The notes below the pieces were generated by a model, which saw nothing but the letters and a program-made list of their open reading frames with translations, made no database searches and was not told where the DNA came from. Both the position numbers and the translations under genes were made by a program. A stretch of 36,861 bases of DNA from a virus (lineage: Duplodnaviria > Caudoviricetes): positions 1 through 36,861 of IMG/VR virus record IMGVR_UViG_3300030376_003776. One strand, given 5' to 3'. This document shows positions 10,973-20,679 of the stretch, piece after piece. Numbering within the stretch: position 1 is the first letter of the stretch; every line of letters begins with the position of its first letter.

Positions 10973-11068
10973 AAACAACGGATTGGCCCCCATGCGGGGT
11001 GAGCTATTCCAACCCAATTTCCGCTTGTATTCCACCGTTGCAAGCGCGTACTAGAAGGTGAGTGACAT

Positions 11069-11518
11069 ATGACAGAGAATACGCCTACTGAGGCTGATGC
11101 TGTTAGCCAAGAATCGAAGCCTAACTGGCGACGTGACCTTGAATCCCGCGCTAATGCGGGTGATGAGGCTGTTGCTGAATTGGCACAGTTGCGACGCGAG
11201 TTGTCGTTCCGAGATGCAGGTGTTGACCCTAACTCAAAGCAGGGTCAGTATTTCATGCGGGGCTACGACGGCGAAATGACTGTTGACGCTATTCGTACTG
11301 AAGCTGCTGAACTAGGATTGGCCGGAGAGAGTAATACTCCGTATATCCAGCCCGATCCCGTTGATTACGGGGCGGAGCAGCGAATTGCAATGGCGGCTGA
11401 CGATGCTGGACCCGTTACTAATCCTAGTCTTGACGCGCTTATTCGCCAGACAAACAACCCTGACGAACTGCGAGTGCTGATGGAGACCAACGGTTACACT
11501 TGGAACGCAGCAACGTAG
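11069..11518 (+). CDS. Capsid scaffolding protein
   Basis: Acidic coiled-coil protein directly upstream of capsid; GAAGGTGAG RBS. Confidence 0.7.
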   Translation: MTENTPTEADAVSQESKPNWRRDLESRANAGDEAVAELAQLRRELSFRDAGVDPNSKQGQYFMRGYDGEMTVDAIRTEAAELGLAGESNTPYIQPDPVDYGAEQRIAMAADDAGPVTNPSLDALIRQTNNPDELRVLMETNGYTWNAAT

Positions 11519-11548
11519 CTGATGTAGGCCATAGAGATTGGGAATCTC

Positions 11549-12502
11549 ATGGCTGACATTTATTCCAACACTACTAAGACCGGAAGCGTTTCTTCCGATA
11601 CTACTGCTTTTGAGCAGCTTGCTTACTTCGCCCTGCGTTCGCAGCCGATGTTTGAGATGGTTGCCGATGTGAAGAGCACCAACCAGTCGCACCCCGGTGC
11701 TGCGGTTCAGTTCAACATCTACAACGATATTGCTCAGGCGACCACGGCTCTGACCGAAGGCGAAGAGATCACCCCGGTTGCGCTGTCGGACAGCACCGTT
11801 ACCGTTACTCTTGCTGAGTACGGCAACGCTGTTGTGACCTCGGCCAAGCTTCGTGGCACCTCGTTCCTGAACGTTGACGCTGATGCGGCCAACATCGTTG
11901 GTTACAACATGGCTAACTCGATGGACAAGATTGTTCAGGACGTTCTCGTCGGCGGCAGCAACGTGCTGTACGGCGGCGACGCTACGAACACCGGCGAGCT
12001 TGCTGCTGGCGACACCATTACGGCGTCGCTCATTCGCAAGTCTGTTGCTGCCCTTCGTGGCGACTCGGCTCCGACGTTTGCTGGCGGTCACTACATTGGC
12101 TTCATCCATCCGGATGTGTCGTTCGACCTTCGTGAAGACACGGCTGTTACTGACGTGATTCAGTACCAGATTCGTCAGGACCCCTCTGCTGTCCGCAACG
12201 GCAGCATTGGCATGTTTGGCGGCGTGGACTTCATCGAAACGTCCCGTATTGACCACGGCACCAACGACGGTGCATCCAACGTTGACGGTTACAACACCAT
12301 GATCTGCGGTAAGCAGGCGCTGGCTAAGGCGCACTCGCGCACCGCTGGCTTTGGTGAGAACCCCGGCGTTGAGATGGGTCCGGTTACCGACATCCTGCGT
12401 CGTATGCAGCCGATTGGCTGGTACCACCTTGTCGGTTACAGCCGGTTCCGTGAGGCTTCGCTCCAGCGGATCGAAACCTCGTCCAGCATCGGCGCTAACT
12501 GA
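11549..12502 (+). CDS. Major capsid protein (N4 gp56-like, HK97 fold)
   Basis: LTEG..ITP, VTLAEYGNAV, YIGFIHPDVSFDLR motifs; strongly biased codons. Confidence 0.9.
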   Translation: MADIYSNTTKTGSVSSDTTAFEQLAYFALRSQPMFEMVADVKSTNQSHPGAAVQFNIYNDIAQATTALTEGEEITPVALSDSTVTVTLAEYGNAVVTSAKLRGTSFLNVDADAANIVGYNMANSMDKIVQDVLVGGSNVLYGGDATNTGELAAGDTITASLIRKSVAALRGDSAPTFAGGHYIGFIHPDVSFDLREDTAVTDVIQYQIRQDPSAVRNGSIGMFGGVDFIETSRIDHGTNDGASNVDGYNTMICGKQALAKAHSRTAGFGENPGVEMGPVTDILRRMQPIGWYHLVGYSRFREASLQRIETSSSIGAN

Positions 12503-12525
12503 TAAGCGTTTGATGGTATAAGATC

Positions 12526-12566
12526 GTGGGAAGGCTAAGAGGGTCTTAGCCTTCCCACTTTCTATT
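12526..12566 (+). terminator. Intrinsic terminator after capsid gene
   Basis: Perfect 15-bp stem GTGGGAAGGCTAAGA/TCTTAGCCTTCCCAC, GGG loop, T-rich tail. Confidence 0.85.
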
Positions 12567-12583
12567 CTTGATTGGAGTTCATA

Positions 12584-12682
12584 ATGCCGATGGTTAAGGG
12601 CAAGAAGTACGCGTACACCGCAAAGGGTAAGGCTGCTGCAAAGAAGGCAGCTAAGAAGACGACCAAGAAGAAGAAGTATTAA
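12584..12682 (+). CDS. Small Lys-rich peptide MPMVKGKKYAYTAKGKAAAKKAAKKTTKKKKY (32 aa, not in ORF track)
   Basis: GGAG RBS; stop overlaps next ATG (TAATG). Confidence 0.75.
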   Translation: MPMVKGKKYAYTAKGKAAAKKAAKKTTKKKKY

Positions 12683-13116
12683 TGGCTAGCGGACTGTACG
12701 GCATTACGTTTCTAAACGCCCTAAAGAACGATCTTGCTCTTGATCTAGACGATACGACTGCTGACCGTTTTAAGGCCATGCTGGTTACGTCGTCTTACAC
12801 TCCTAACTTTGGTACGCACGACTTTAAGTCTGACGTTACTAACGAGGTGTCTGGCACCGGCTATGACGCTGGTGGCAAGTCGCTGAGTTCGGTAACGCTT
12901 ACGCAGTCAGGCGGCACGATCACGTTTGATGCTGCTGACGTAACGTGGGCGTCTTCAACGATTACGGCTCGTGCTGCTGTCATTTATGACGATTCGTTGA
13001 CTAACGATCCGTTGATTGCGTACATTGACTTTGGTGCAGACAAATCATCGTCTGCTGGTGATTTTGTGCTGACGTTTAACGCGTCTGGCATTTTCACTCT
13101 TGATTTGACCCCGTGA
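12682..13116 (+). CDS. Virion structural protein, tail-associated (144 aa)
   Basis: NEVSGTGY..FDAADVTW..TARAAVIY..IDFGADKSS motif common in phage tail modules. Confidence 0.7.
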   Translation: MASGLYGITFLNALKNDLALDLDDTTADRFKAMLVTSSYTPNFGTHDFKSDVTNEVSGTGYDAGGKSLSSVTLTQSGGTITFDAADVTWASSTITARAAVIYDDSLTNDPLIAYIDFGADKSSSAGDFVLTFNASGIFTLDLTP

Positions 13117-13124
13117 GGTAGCTG

Positions 13125-14063
13125 ATGGCTGCAAGCATTAATTATCCAGCTAGTCTTGATACTGACGCTACGGTTGGTGGCGGTAACGAGCCTGATGGCA
13201 CGACTGCTCTAGACGCTACCGATTCAGGTCACCCTAAGCATTCTGTGTTGCACCAGAACATTGGTGAAGCAATTCAAAAGATTGAAACCAAGATTGGCAA
13301 GACGGATTCAAGTCCTTCTGCTAACAAGGTTCTGCATTCTAATTCTACTGGTGATTCTGCTTGGACATCTTCACCAGTAGTTTCGTCTTTGACTGCAACT
13401 AATCTTGGTGGTGAGTTGACGACTCCTGCTCAGCCAAACATTACGTCAGTTGGCACGCTGGACAATTTGACCGTTACGGGCGTTATTGACGCTAATGGTG
13501 TCGTCAAGATTACTGATGGGTCTGTAGGTAATCCGGCGTTGACGTTTGACGATGACGAAAATACCGGCATCTTTCGCAACACAACCGATCAGTTTTCACT
13601 TGTAGCTGGAGGTGGTACTGGTTTGATTGTTGCTCCTACCACGGTCAATACTGCTTCGCCAGAAACTTCAAGCACTACTGGATTTAACGCTGTTTATCGC
13701 AACAACACTTTTGGAACGCTTTCTAACTTTACTTCTAGGGCTGAAGTAAAGGAGAACATTGTGAACGTTTCAGCGTCTGACGCTGGAGCGTGGATTGACG
13801 CACTACAGCCTGTGACATTCAACGAGCGGTGGATGCAAGAGGGCGAAGAATCAGCCGATAACAAAGCGTGGCGAGAAGCTGACAGTCAAGTTGGTTTTAT
13901 TGCAGACGATGTTTTTGCAAACTCTACAACGGCTAGGTTTGCAACAATCAAAGATGAGGACGGCACGTTGAAACCTGTTGGTTGGAAGTTTGAAAACGTT
14001 CTTGCGGCTACGGTGGCAGAACTTAAGTCGGTTCGTGCTCGACTTGCAGCCTTGGAGGGCTAA
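13125..14063 (+). CDS. Tail fibre 1 with C-terminal peptidase S74-like chaperone
   Basis: Ser/Thr/Gly beta-rich body; S..VKENI..LQPVTF..GFIADD..coiled-coil C-terminus. Confidence 0.8.
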   Translation: MAASINYPASLDTDATVGGGNEPDGTTALDATDSGHPKHSVLHQNIGEAIQKIETKIGKTDSSPSANKVLHSNSTGDSAWTSSPVVSSLTATNLGGELTTPAQPNITSVGTLDNLTVTGVIDANGVVKITDGSVGNPALTFDDDENTGIFRNTTDQFSLVAGGGTGLIVAPTTVNTASPETSSTTGFNAVYRNNTFGTLSNFTSRAEVKENIVNVSASDAGAWIDALQPVTFNERWMQEGEESADNKAWREADSQVGFIADDVFANSTTARFATIKDEDGTLKPVGWKFENVLAATVAELKSVRARLAALEG

Positions 14064-14191
14064 TGGAAGTAACTGCTGAGGAGGTAGTGCAGGTGATCCG
14101 TGAACGGTGGCCCCTGCACTTTGAGATCGCCGTGCAAGCGGTGCAGATTGCGAAGTTGTCGCAGCCGCAGGAGGCTGCTGAGGAAGACTAA
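14063..14191 (+). CDS. Small protein between the tail fibres (42 aa, MEVTAEEVVQVIRERWPLHF..; not in ORF track)
   Basis: TAATG overlaps at both ends. Confidence 0.7.
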   Translation: MEVTAEEVVQVIRERWPLHFEIAVQAVQIAKLSQPQEAAEED

Positions 14192-15756
14192 TGGCTACAA
14201 ACTATCCAGGGTCACTTGATTCGGGCACGCAGCAGCCTTCGCCGTCGTCCTCGACGGAGATGGATGACTCTGGGTTTGAGCATGATGTCGTACACACAAA
14301 TCATTCTGGCGCGATTATTGCGTTGGAAACGAAGGTTGGTACTGGCGATTCAAACGCTGTTGCTAGTTCGGTGTTGGCTGGAACGGGTTCAGGTACGTCT
14401 GGTTGGACGACTACTCCGACGGTTACTGGCCTGACGGTTAATGGTGATACAAGTTCGACTGGGCATTTTACGGCTCAGTCGGGCGGTGCTGACAGCGGTA
14501 TTGTTCTTGGTCAGGCGTTTAGCACGGATTATGTCGGACTGCGTACTGCTGGCATGGCAGAGGCAAGCAACAACGAGTACGTCCTAATTTCAGATGGGAC
14601 GATCACGTTGTTGTCGGGCGGCACGAACGGCGACGTTTACATCCGAGGCGGAGCAAATAACTCTTCGTGTCAGGTTTTCCTCGACACGTCGGAGAACAAG
14701 ATTGGGCTAACTGGCTCAATCGGGATCAACGACAACTCGCCGTCGTTCGCTCTGGACGTAAACGGGACCGGCAGGTTCACGGGCAACGTGCAATTCGACG
14801 GCGACATAACCGGAACGTCGAACACAAACTTCTACGTCAAGAACGATTCGGGCGAGGAGATCCTGTTCCAAGAGTCGAGCAACTCTTTGTTCTTTAAGAC
14901 AAACGGCGACTGGCGTGCGTATTTCAATTCGGACGGCGACTTTAGGCCGTATGAAGACTCGTCGTATGATCTAGGAACGTCGTCGGTTCGCTGGTCAGTA
15001 ATCTATGGTGACCGTTCAAGAAACGGTAACGGTACTGTCAGTTCGCCTGCATTTTCGTTTGCCAACGACACAAACACAGGCATTTACAGGCAAGCGGCTG
15101 ACTCGCTCGGTATTACTACGGGTGGTACTGAACGTGTACGGATCGGTTCGTTTGGTATCCGTGGCGACGACTCCGGCGACGTTTACAACTTCGACGCGTT
15201 CAAGGGAAACAACGGATCGGCGAGCGCGCCGACGTTCTCGTTCGACTCGGACACCGACACCGGCATGTACCGCAGCGCTACAAATGAAATCTCGTTCTCG
15301 GCGGGCAACGACACGGCCTTTACCATCTCCAGCGGCGGCGTGTTTGTCCCCTCGGGTGAAGATTACTTCGGCGTTCCAACGACAGGAACGGGCAACGATG
15401 CCGAGTGGGCTTCGACTGGGTTCGGCACCTTCATGCTGAAGCGCAACTCCTCGCTTGCCGCCGAGAAGGAGAACATCACCGCCGACCTCGGCACGCACCT
15501 CACCGCCGACATGATTGACAGCGTGGTGCCGAAGATGTGGAACCGCCTGAACTCACCGGGCTACCCCGAGATTGGTCCGCTCGCTGAGGACATGGACGCC
15601 ATCTCGCCGTTCCTTGCTGTGAAGGCTGCGAACTTTGAGGGCGAAGAGCTAGGCGACTCGTTCCTGACCGGCATCAACAAGACCGCCTACCTGTCGCTGC
15701 TTGTTCTGGCAGTCAAGGACCTGCGTGGGCGGGTTGCTGAGCTAGAGGCAGCGTAG
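14191..15756 (+). CDS. Tail fibre 2 with C-terminal peptidase S74-like chaperone
   Basis: N-terminus similar to fibre 1; two P.FSF..DT.TG.YR repeats; S..EKENI..GPLAED..LRGRVAELE. Confidence 0.8.
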   Translation: MATNYPGSLDSGTQQPSPSSSTEMDDSGFEHDVVHTNHSGAIIALETKVGTGDSNAVASSVLAGTGSGTSGWTTTPTVTGLTVNGDTSSTGHFTAQSGGADSGIVLGQAFSTDYVGLRTAGMAEASNNEYVLISDGTITLLSGGTNGDVYIRGGANNSSCQVFLDTSENKIGLTGSIGINDNSPSFALDVNGTGRFTGNVQFDGDITGTSNTNFYVKNDSGEEILFQESSNSLFFKTNGDWRAYFNSDGDFRPYEDSSYDLGTSSVRWSVIYGDRSRNGNGTVSSPAFSFANDTNTGIYRQAADSLGITTGGTERVRIGSFGIRGDDSGDVYNFDAFKGNNGSASAPTFSFDSDTDTGMYRSATNEISFSAGNDTAFTISSGGVFVPSGEDYFGVPTTGTGNDAEWASTGFGTFMLKRNSSLAAEKENITADLGTHLTADMIDSVVPKMWNRLNSPGYPEIGPLAEDMDAISPFLAVKAANFEGEELGDSFLTGINKTAYLSLLVLAVKDLRGRVAELEAA

Positions 15757-15760
15757 ACCT

Positions 15761-16600
15761 ATGACCGCATACCGGTCATCTAGCGACTACCGTCAAGGCT
15801 TACTTAGGTACGACGGCACGGTCGTAGTCAACGTCACCGTTACCCCTGCTGTTATCGCAGGCATCTCTACAGTTCCCGCAGTTACTGTTAGCGTAGGTAC
15901 GGGCGTTAGCGTTGCATCAGCAGTTATTGCAGCTACCTCAACAGCCCCTGCTGTTACCGTTAGCGAGGGCACAGGCGTTAGCGTTACCCCCGCTGTCATT
16001 GCTACAGCGGCGACTACACCTGCTGTTACCGTTACAATTTTGCTTGTTGTCAACGCAAGCACGGTTACCGGCACCGCAACACTACCTGCAGTTACAGTTA
16101 CCGAAGGCGCTGGCATCACAGTCAACGTTGCTACTGTGTCTACTTCTGGACTTATTCCAGACTCAACAATTAGCGTAGGCACCGGAGTTACAGCTACACC
16201 AGCAGTTATTGCAGGAACTGTAACAATCCCAGAAGAAACCGTTAGCGCAGGAACTGGACAAACTGTTAGCTTGGCAACCGTAACTGGCACTACAACCGTG
16301 CCAGAACTTAACTTGTCTAGCTTGATTGTTTTAATTGCTGACACTCCAGTAGCACTTTTAGACGTACTGCCATACCACGTTGTTACACCACAAAGACGAT
16401 GGAAGTCACGCTTTGCTGCTACTGGCAGACGAGGACTAAACGTGTTTATCTTGACTGATAACACGGTGACTACGCGTCACCCAGTTGATGCTTCTACTAT
16501 TTCTCGTCAAATTCTTGCCGGTCACGAATCACCTACAGATTTGACTGCTGAAGAAAGTACGCTACTCGTAAACGCTGGCTACTCATTTAAGGTTGAATAA
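15761..16600 (+). CDS. Virion structural protein with Thr/Val-rich repeats
   Basis: Repeated TPAVIA..T.PAVTVS.GTG units; tail module context. Confidence 0.6.
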   Translation: MTAYRSSSDYRQGLLRYDGTVVVNVTVTPAVIAGISTVPAVTVSVGTGVSVASAVIAATSTAPAVTVSEGTGVSVTPAVIATAATTPAVTVTILLVVNASTVTGTATLPAVTVTEGAGITVNVATVSTSGLIPDSTISVGTGVTATPAVIAGTVTIPEETVSAGTGQTVSLATVTGTTTVPELNLSSLIVLIADTPVALLDVLPYHVVTPQRRWKSRFAATGRRGLNVFILTDNTVTTRHPVDASTISRQILAGHESPTDLTAEESTLLVNAGYSFKVE

Positions 16601-16953
16601 TGCCGAAATACGACTACAAGTGCAAGAAATGTGGAGCTATCGAAGAAGCCATGCACGGCTTTGACGACGAACCCACTATGTATTGTCTTGAATGCGGTTA
16701 TCCGATGGGCAAAATGCTTGGAATGCCGTATGTAGCTCCATCTGCTGCACCATCACGCAACAACGTTATTGATCTAGAAGCCACTAAACAGGCTGAAAAG
16801 AACAAAGACGCTGACATGTCTGCTTACAAGCGTCTTCGCAAAGACGGCGTGCAGCCCCCTACGATCAACGGATCAGCAAAGCTAGAGGCTAGAGCCGGAG
16901 AAAAGTATGAAGTAAACTCTGGCTTGATTGTTAAAGAAGTGCTTGACGGATGA
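16600..16953 (+). CDS. FmdB-family zinc-ribbon protein
   Basis: MPKYDYKCKKCG..E..H..CLECG. Confidence 0.75.
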   Translation: MPKYDYKCKKCGAIEEAMHGFDDEPTMYCLECGYPMGKMLGMPYVAPSAAPSRNNVIDLEATKQAEKNKDADMSAYKRLRKDGVQPPTINGSAKLEARAGEKYEVNSGLIVKEVLDG

Positions 16954-17885
16954 CTGCTCAAACCTGGATCGACCAAACCCGTGATCTGTTGCTCACAGAT
17001 TATGTAGAAGAACTAGCAACGCTTGGTGCAGACATGAACTCGTCTGTAACCACTATTTCGTTTGCCCTGCCGTCTACCGCTCCTGTTGGCGTAGTTGCAG
17101 GCGCAACATTGGAAATCGGCACCGAGCTAATGTACGTCTTTTCAGTTACGGATGGCACCACAACTGTTCAAAGAGGCTACAAAGGCTCTACAGCAGCATC
17201 TCATACTGCTGGGGACCTAGTTACAGTTAACCCTAAGTTCCCTGCATACCAAATTCTTAACGCAGTCAACGACGAACTACGCGACCTATCGTCACCTCAA
17301 AACGGCCTGTACCAGATCAAGACTGTAGACCTAACTTTTAGTGCATCTAAAGACGGCTACGACATGACCGGCGTTACCGACGACATTCTGTCGATCTATC
17401 AGATTACCTACGCTGATCCTGGCTCAGAAAACTCAGAACCACTTATTACCGAATACTCGCTACGCCGCAACCGCAACACCGCATCGTTTGCATCTGGCTA
17501 CGCACTTGTTCTTTACGGCGACGCTTGGCCTGGTGAAACCGTCCGAGTCCAATACAAGACCGGATTTACCGCACTTACAAACAGCAGCACCGCTCTATCC
17601 ACTACAGGTCTACATGCCGAAGCCTACGATCTGCCCGCTCTAGGCGCAGCACTACGCCTCATGTCGTCACGACCTATCCGACGCGAGTTCCTAGACGAAC
17701 AAGGATCATCCCGATCCGCAGAAGAAGTGCCTCCCGGCGCAATCTCTGCATCAATGCGCGACCTTCGTGAACTTCGCAGCCTGCGCATGAACGCAGAAGC
17801 GTCCCGTCTAGACGGCCAGTACCCGACTTACTGGACTCGCTCTGGTGCAGGACGGACTCAGACCCACCTTCACCGGGGGTACTAA
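16950..17885 (+). CDS. Putative head-tail adaptor / tail tubular protein A-like
   Basis: Size and position before the beta-rich gene; IGTELMYV..RGYKGSTAASHTAG insert. Confidence 0.5.
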   Translation: MTAQTWIDQTRDLLLTDYVEELATLGADMNSSVTTISFALPSTAPVGVVAGATLEIGTELMYVFSVTDGTTTVQRGYKGSTAASHTAGDLVTVNPKFPAYQILNAVNDELRDLSSPQNGLYQIKTVDLTFSASKDGYDMTGVTDDILSIYQITYADPGSENSEPLITEYSLRRNRNTASFASGYALVLYGDAWPGETVRVQYKTGFTALTNSSTALSTTGLHAEAYDLPALGAALRLMSSRPIRREFLDEQGSSRSAEEVPPGAISASMRDLRELRSLRMNAEASRLDGQYPTYWTRSGAGRTQTHLHRGY

Positions 17886-17887
17886 TC

Positions 17888-19738
17888 ATGGCGCACGCGC
17901 CTGAACGCCTGCCAGTTACGTTAAATAACGTTTCGTATTTTGTAGAAACGCAAGGCTACGCAAGAACAACCGTACCTGTCCTTCGTGAACAGCGAGACAC
18001 TTCTAACGAACCCGGCGAACAACGACTTAACACCCAAATGTGGGTGCGGTCACAAACCGACTGGAGTCGTGGAGCCGGACAAGAATACTTTGACAACGCT
18101 GACTCAGACCGTCGGCGCTTTCATACGTCATCTGGCATTGATCCCTGGACTAAAGGCCAGATTTCTTTGCTGCCAATTACCGAAGACAAAGGTAATACCG
18201 GCAACGACGTAATTATGAAAGTTTTCCGAAGCGCTTCAACGACATACATGTACGTTGCTTCCGGCACCACGCTTCAATACTCCACTACTTTTGCTAACGA
18301 AACCCCAAGCTGGACCTCTGTTACTGACAACCTGGGCACCATTACAGACTTTGACTCTGACGGCACCAACATCTACGTCGTAGACGGCTTAGCCAAAATC
18401 GACAAAGCAGCACTAGGCGGCACCAGCCTGTCTACCATGAGCGCATCCAGCACAGGCATCAACTCAATCCGTGTGGTAGGCGGACGACTTCTAAGCATTG
18501 ACGGCACAACTGTTACTGAACTAGCAGCCGACGGTTCTGCACTAACAAACTCACTTGCATTTAGTTTCCAACTTGGAAGCACCTGGATCGACGCTGCTTC
18601 CGGACCTACCGGCATTTACCTTGCTGCCAACACCAACAACGTTGGCTCTATTTACTTCTGTAGCACCGGCACCGACGGTCTACTGAACCAACCTGCTCAA
18701 GTCGCTGACCTGCCTATTGGCGAAACAGTCAACGCAATCGAGTCATACGGCGGCCTACTTATCCTTGCAACGAGCAAAGGTCTACGCCTTGCAACAATGA
18801 ACCAAGACGGTTCTGTAAGTTACGGCCCTGTCGTAGACAACGGCGGCGCAGCCTACTCACTTGCTGTAGACGACCGATTCGTCTGGTTTGGCGTATCCAG
18901 CGGACAAGTTTACCGAGCAGACCTGTCCATCTTTACCGAACCACTTGTTCCTGCATGGGCATCAGACGTTGTATCTACAGGCGGATCGCCAAACAACGTA
19001 ACTTGGATAGCACGAGATGCCAGCAAAACTTACTTTGTTGACTCAGGCAACGGCGTACAAGGCGAAGCAGCTTCAGGTAACCTAGTTGCATCTGGCACGC
19101 TAACTGTCGGCGGTGTCCGCTGGAACAGCCAGTTTGAAAAGTCTCTGCAAAAAGTTGAGATTAGGTCTTCACCTACTCTCGCTATTGCTTCAGACACAAC
19201 CTACGACGAATCAAGCGAAACTTACGACGATACTGACCTTGTATACGATGGACTACTGTCACCTATTTCTGGCGGAATCAAACTACTTACAACGACTGGC
19301 ACCGGCATCGACCTGTCAGAACTTACGCTCACAGATCGCACTCCAGTTAACGTTGACTCTTCGCGATCAGACAAATACACGCTGAAGTTCACCTTGACCC
19401 GCAGCGCAACCACGCTAACTGCTGGCCCTGTGCTGGAATCATGGCAGATTCAAGCGTTCCCATCACCTACACGCATTGACGAAATTGTTTTGCCAATTGT
19501 GTTGAAGAAACGTGTTGCTACTTCACGCGGTTCTGGCGCAGCAATCCAGCAAGACCCCAAAGGTTTGTACGACGCTCTACGCACACTGCTAGTTGGCAAA
19601 AGCGTTGTGACCTACCAAGAAGGCAGTCACTCCGAACAGGTCATTGTAGACCAAATGCAGTTTTCACCAGAGCAGCTATCTGCTGATGCTGACTGGTGGG
19701 AAGGCATATGCATTGTGCGATTGCTTACTGTGCCCTAA
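17888..19738 (+). CDS. Putative tail nozzle / tubular protein B-like (beta-propeller, 616 aa)
   Basis: QTDWSRGAGQ..GIDPWTKGQISLL start; beta-strand-rich repeats. Confidence 0.55.
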   Translation: MAHAPERLPVTLNNVSYFVETQGYARTTVPVLREQRDTSNEPGEQRLNTQMWVRSQTDWSRGAGQEYFDNADSDRRRFHTSSGIDPWTKGQISLLPITEDKGNTGNDVIMKVFRSASTTYMYVASGTTLQYSTTFANETPSWTSVTDNLGTITDFDSDGTNIYVVDGLAKIDKAALGGTSLSTMSASSTGINSIRVVGGRLLSIDGTTVTELAADGSALTNSLAFSFQLGSTWIDAASGPTGIYLAANTNNVGSIYFCSTGTDGLLNQPAQVADLPIGETVNAIESYGGLLILATSKGLRLATMNQDGSVSYGPVVDNGGAAYSLAVDDRFVWFGVSSGQVYRADLSIFTEPLVPAWASDVVSTGGSPNNVTWIARDASKTYFVDSGNGVQGEAASGNLVASGTLTVGGVRWNSQFEKSLQKVEIRSSPTLAIASDTTYDESSETYDDTDLVYDGLLSPISGGIKLLTTTGTGIDLSELTLTDRTPVNVDSSRSDKYTLKFTLTRSATTLTAGPVLESWQIQAFPSPTRIDEIVLPIVLKKRVATSRGSGAAIQQDPKGLYDALRTLLVGKSVVTYQEGSHSEQVIVDQMQFSPEQLSADADWWEGICIVRLLTVP

Positions 19739-19765
19739 ACTGTGGAAAACCACTGGAGGCTGTGG

Positions 19766-20500
19766 ATGAAGAAGCTCGTGATTGACATTGAGACGAGGCC
19801 GAACTTGGCCTATATCTGGTCTTTATGGAATCAGAATGTAGGCATCAACCAAATCGAAAAAACTGGTTCAGTAATTTCGTTTGCGGCAATGTGGCACGGC
19901 TCTAAGAAGGTAATGTTTCACTCAGATCATCACGACGGCCACGACGAAATGGTGCGTACTGCACACGACTTGATGTCTGAAGCTGATGCTTTGATCCATT
20001 ACAACGGCAAAGCGTTTGACGTGAAGCATCTTCAGCGTGAGTTTCTGCTGGCTGGGTTAGGACCTGCTGCTCCACACGTTGATATTGACTTGTTAAAAAC
20101 GGTGCGGTCACAGTTCAAGTTTGCTTCTAACAAACTTACGCATGTCTCAGAAGCGTTGGGCATCGGTAAGAAGACACCGCACACTGGCTTTGATCTTTGG
20201 CGCGATTGTATGTTTGGTGACGAAAAAGCTTGGGCGTTGATGAAGAAGTACAACATTCAAGACGTGCGGCTTACATCTGAGTTGTACGACCATCTGCTGC
20301 CTTGGATTCCGAACCATCCCAACATGGCGTTGGCAATGAACAAACCGGATGCGTGCCCGCAGTGCGGCGGCGGACCGCTCGTATCAAACGGTGTGCGTGC
20401 TACGAAGACAATGACTTACCGCAGGTTTCAGTGCATGGCTTGTGGCACTTGGGTCAAGAGCCGTGTGGCTGAGCCGACTGCTCGACCTACTTATGTCTAA
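19766..20500 (+). CDS. RNase H-fold (DnaQ/PolB-exonuclease-like) 3'-5' exonuclease with C-terminal Zn ribbon
   Basis: DIET, HYNGKAFD, YNIQDV motifs; CPQCG..CMACG; GGAGG RBS before ATG 19766. Confidence 0.85.
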   Translation: MKKLVIDIETRPNLAYIWSLWNQNVGINQIEKTGSVISFAAMWHGSKKVMFHSDHHDGHDEMVRTAHDLMSEADALIHYNGKAFDVKHLQREFLLAGLGPAAPHVDIDLLKTVRSQFKFASNKLTHVSEALGIGKKTPHTGFDLWRDCMFGDEKAWALMKKYNIQDVRLTSELYDHLLPWIPNHPNMALAMNKPDACPQCGGGPLVSNGVRATKTMTYRRFQCMACGTWVKSRVAEPTARPTYV

Positions 20501-20679
20501 CGCGCTTCTAGTGCTCGCAACCTGGCTTCGTGATCGTTCAGCGTTTCATGAACATGATCAAAGTTTTCTTCGCCACGGGCAAGACGGACCTGAATATCAA
20601 TCAGAATCTTGCTGACCCACGCCATCCAAGGTAACAGCAGCGCTGTCAGGATCAGCGGGATTATTTCCGTCACGGCCAT
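20497..20679 (-). CDS. Small membrane protein with coiled coil (60 aa)
   Basis: N-terminal hydrophobic helix then ..DHEARLRALE. Confidence 0.6.
   Translation of the reverse strand: MAVTEIIPLILTALLLPWMAWVSKILIDIQVRLARGEENFDHVHETLNDHEARLRALEAR

Noticed and set aside
11312-12427. 371-aa antisense ORF over the capsid gene
   Set aside because: By-product of strong codon bias on the sense strand.
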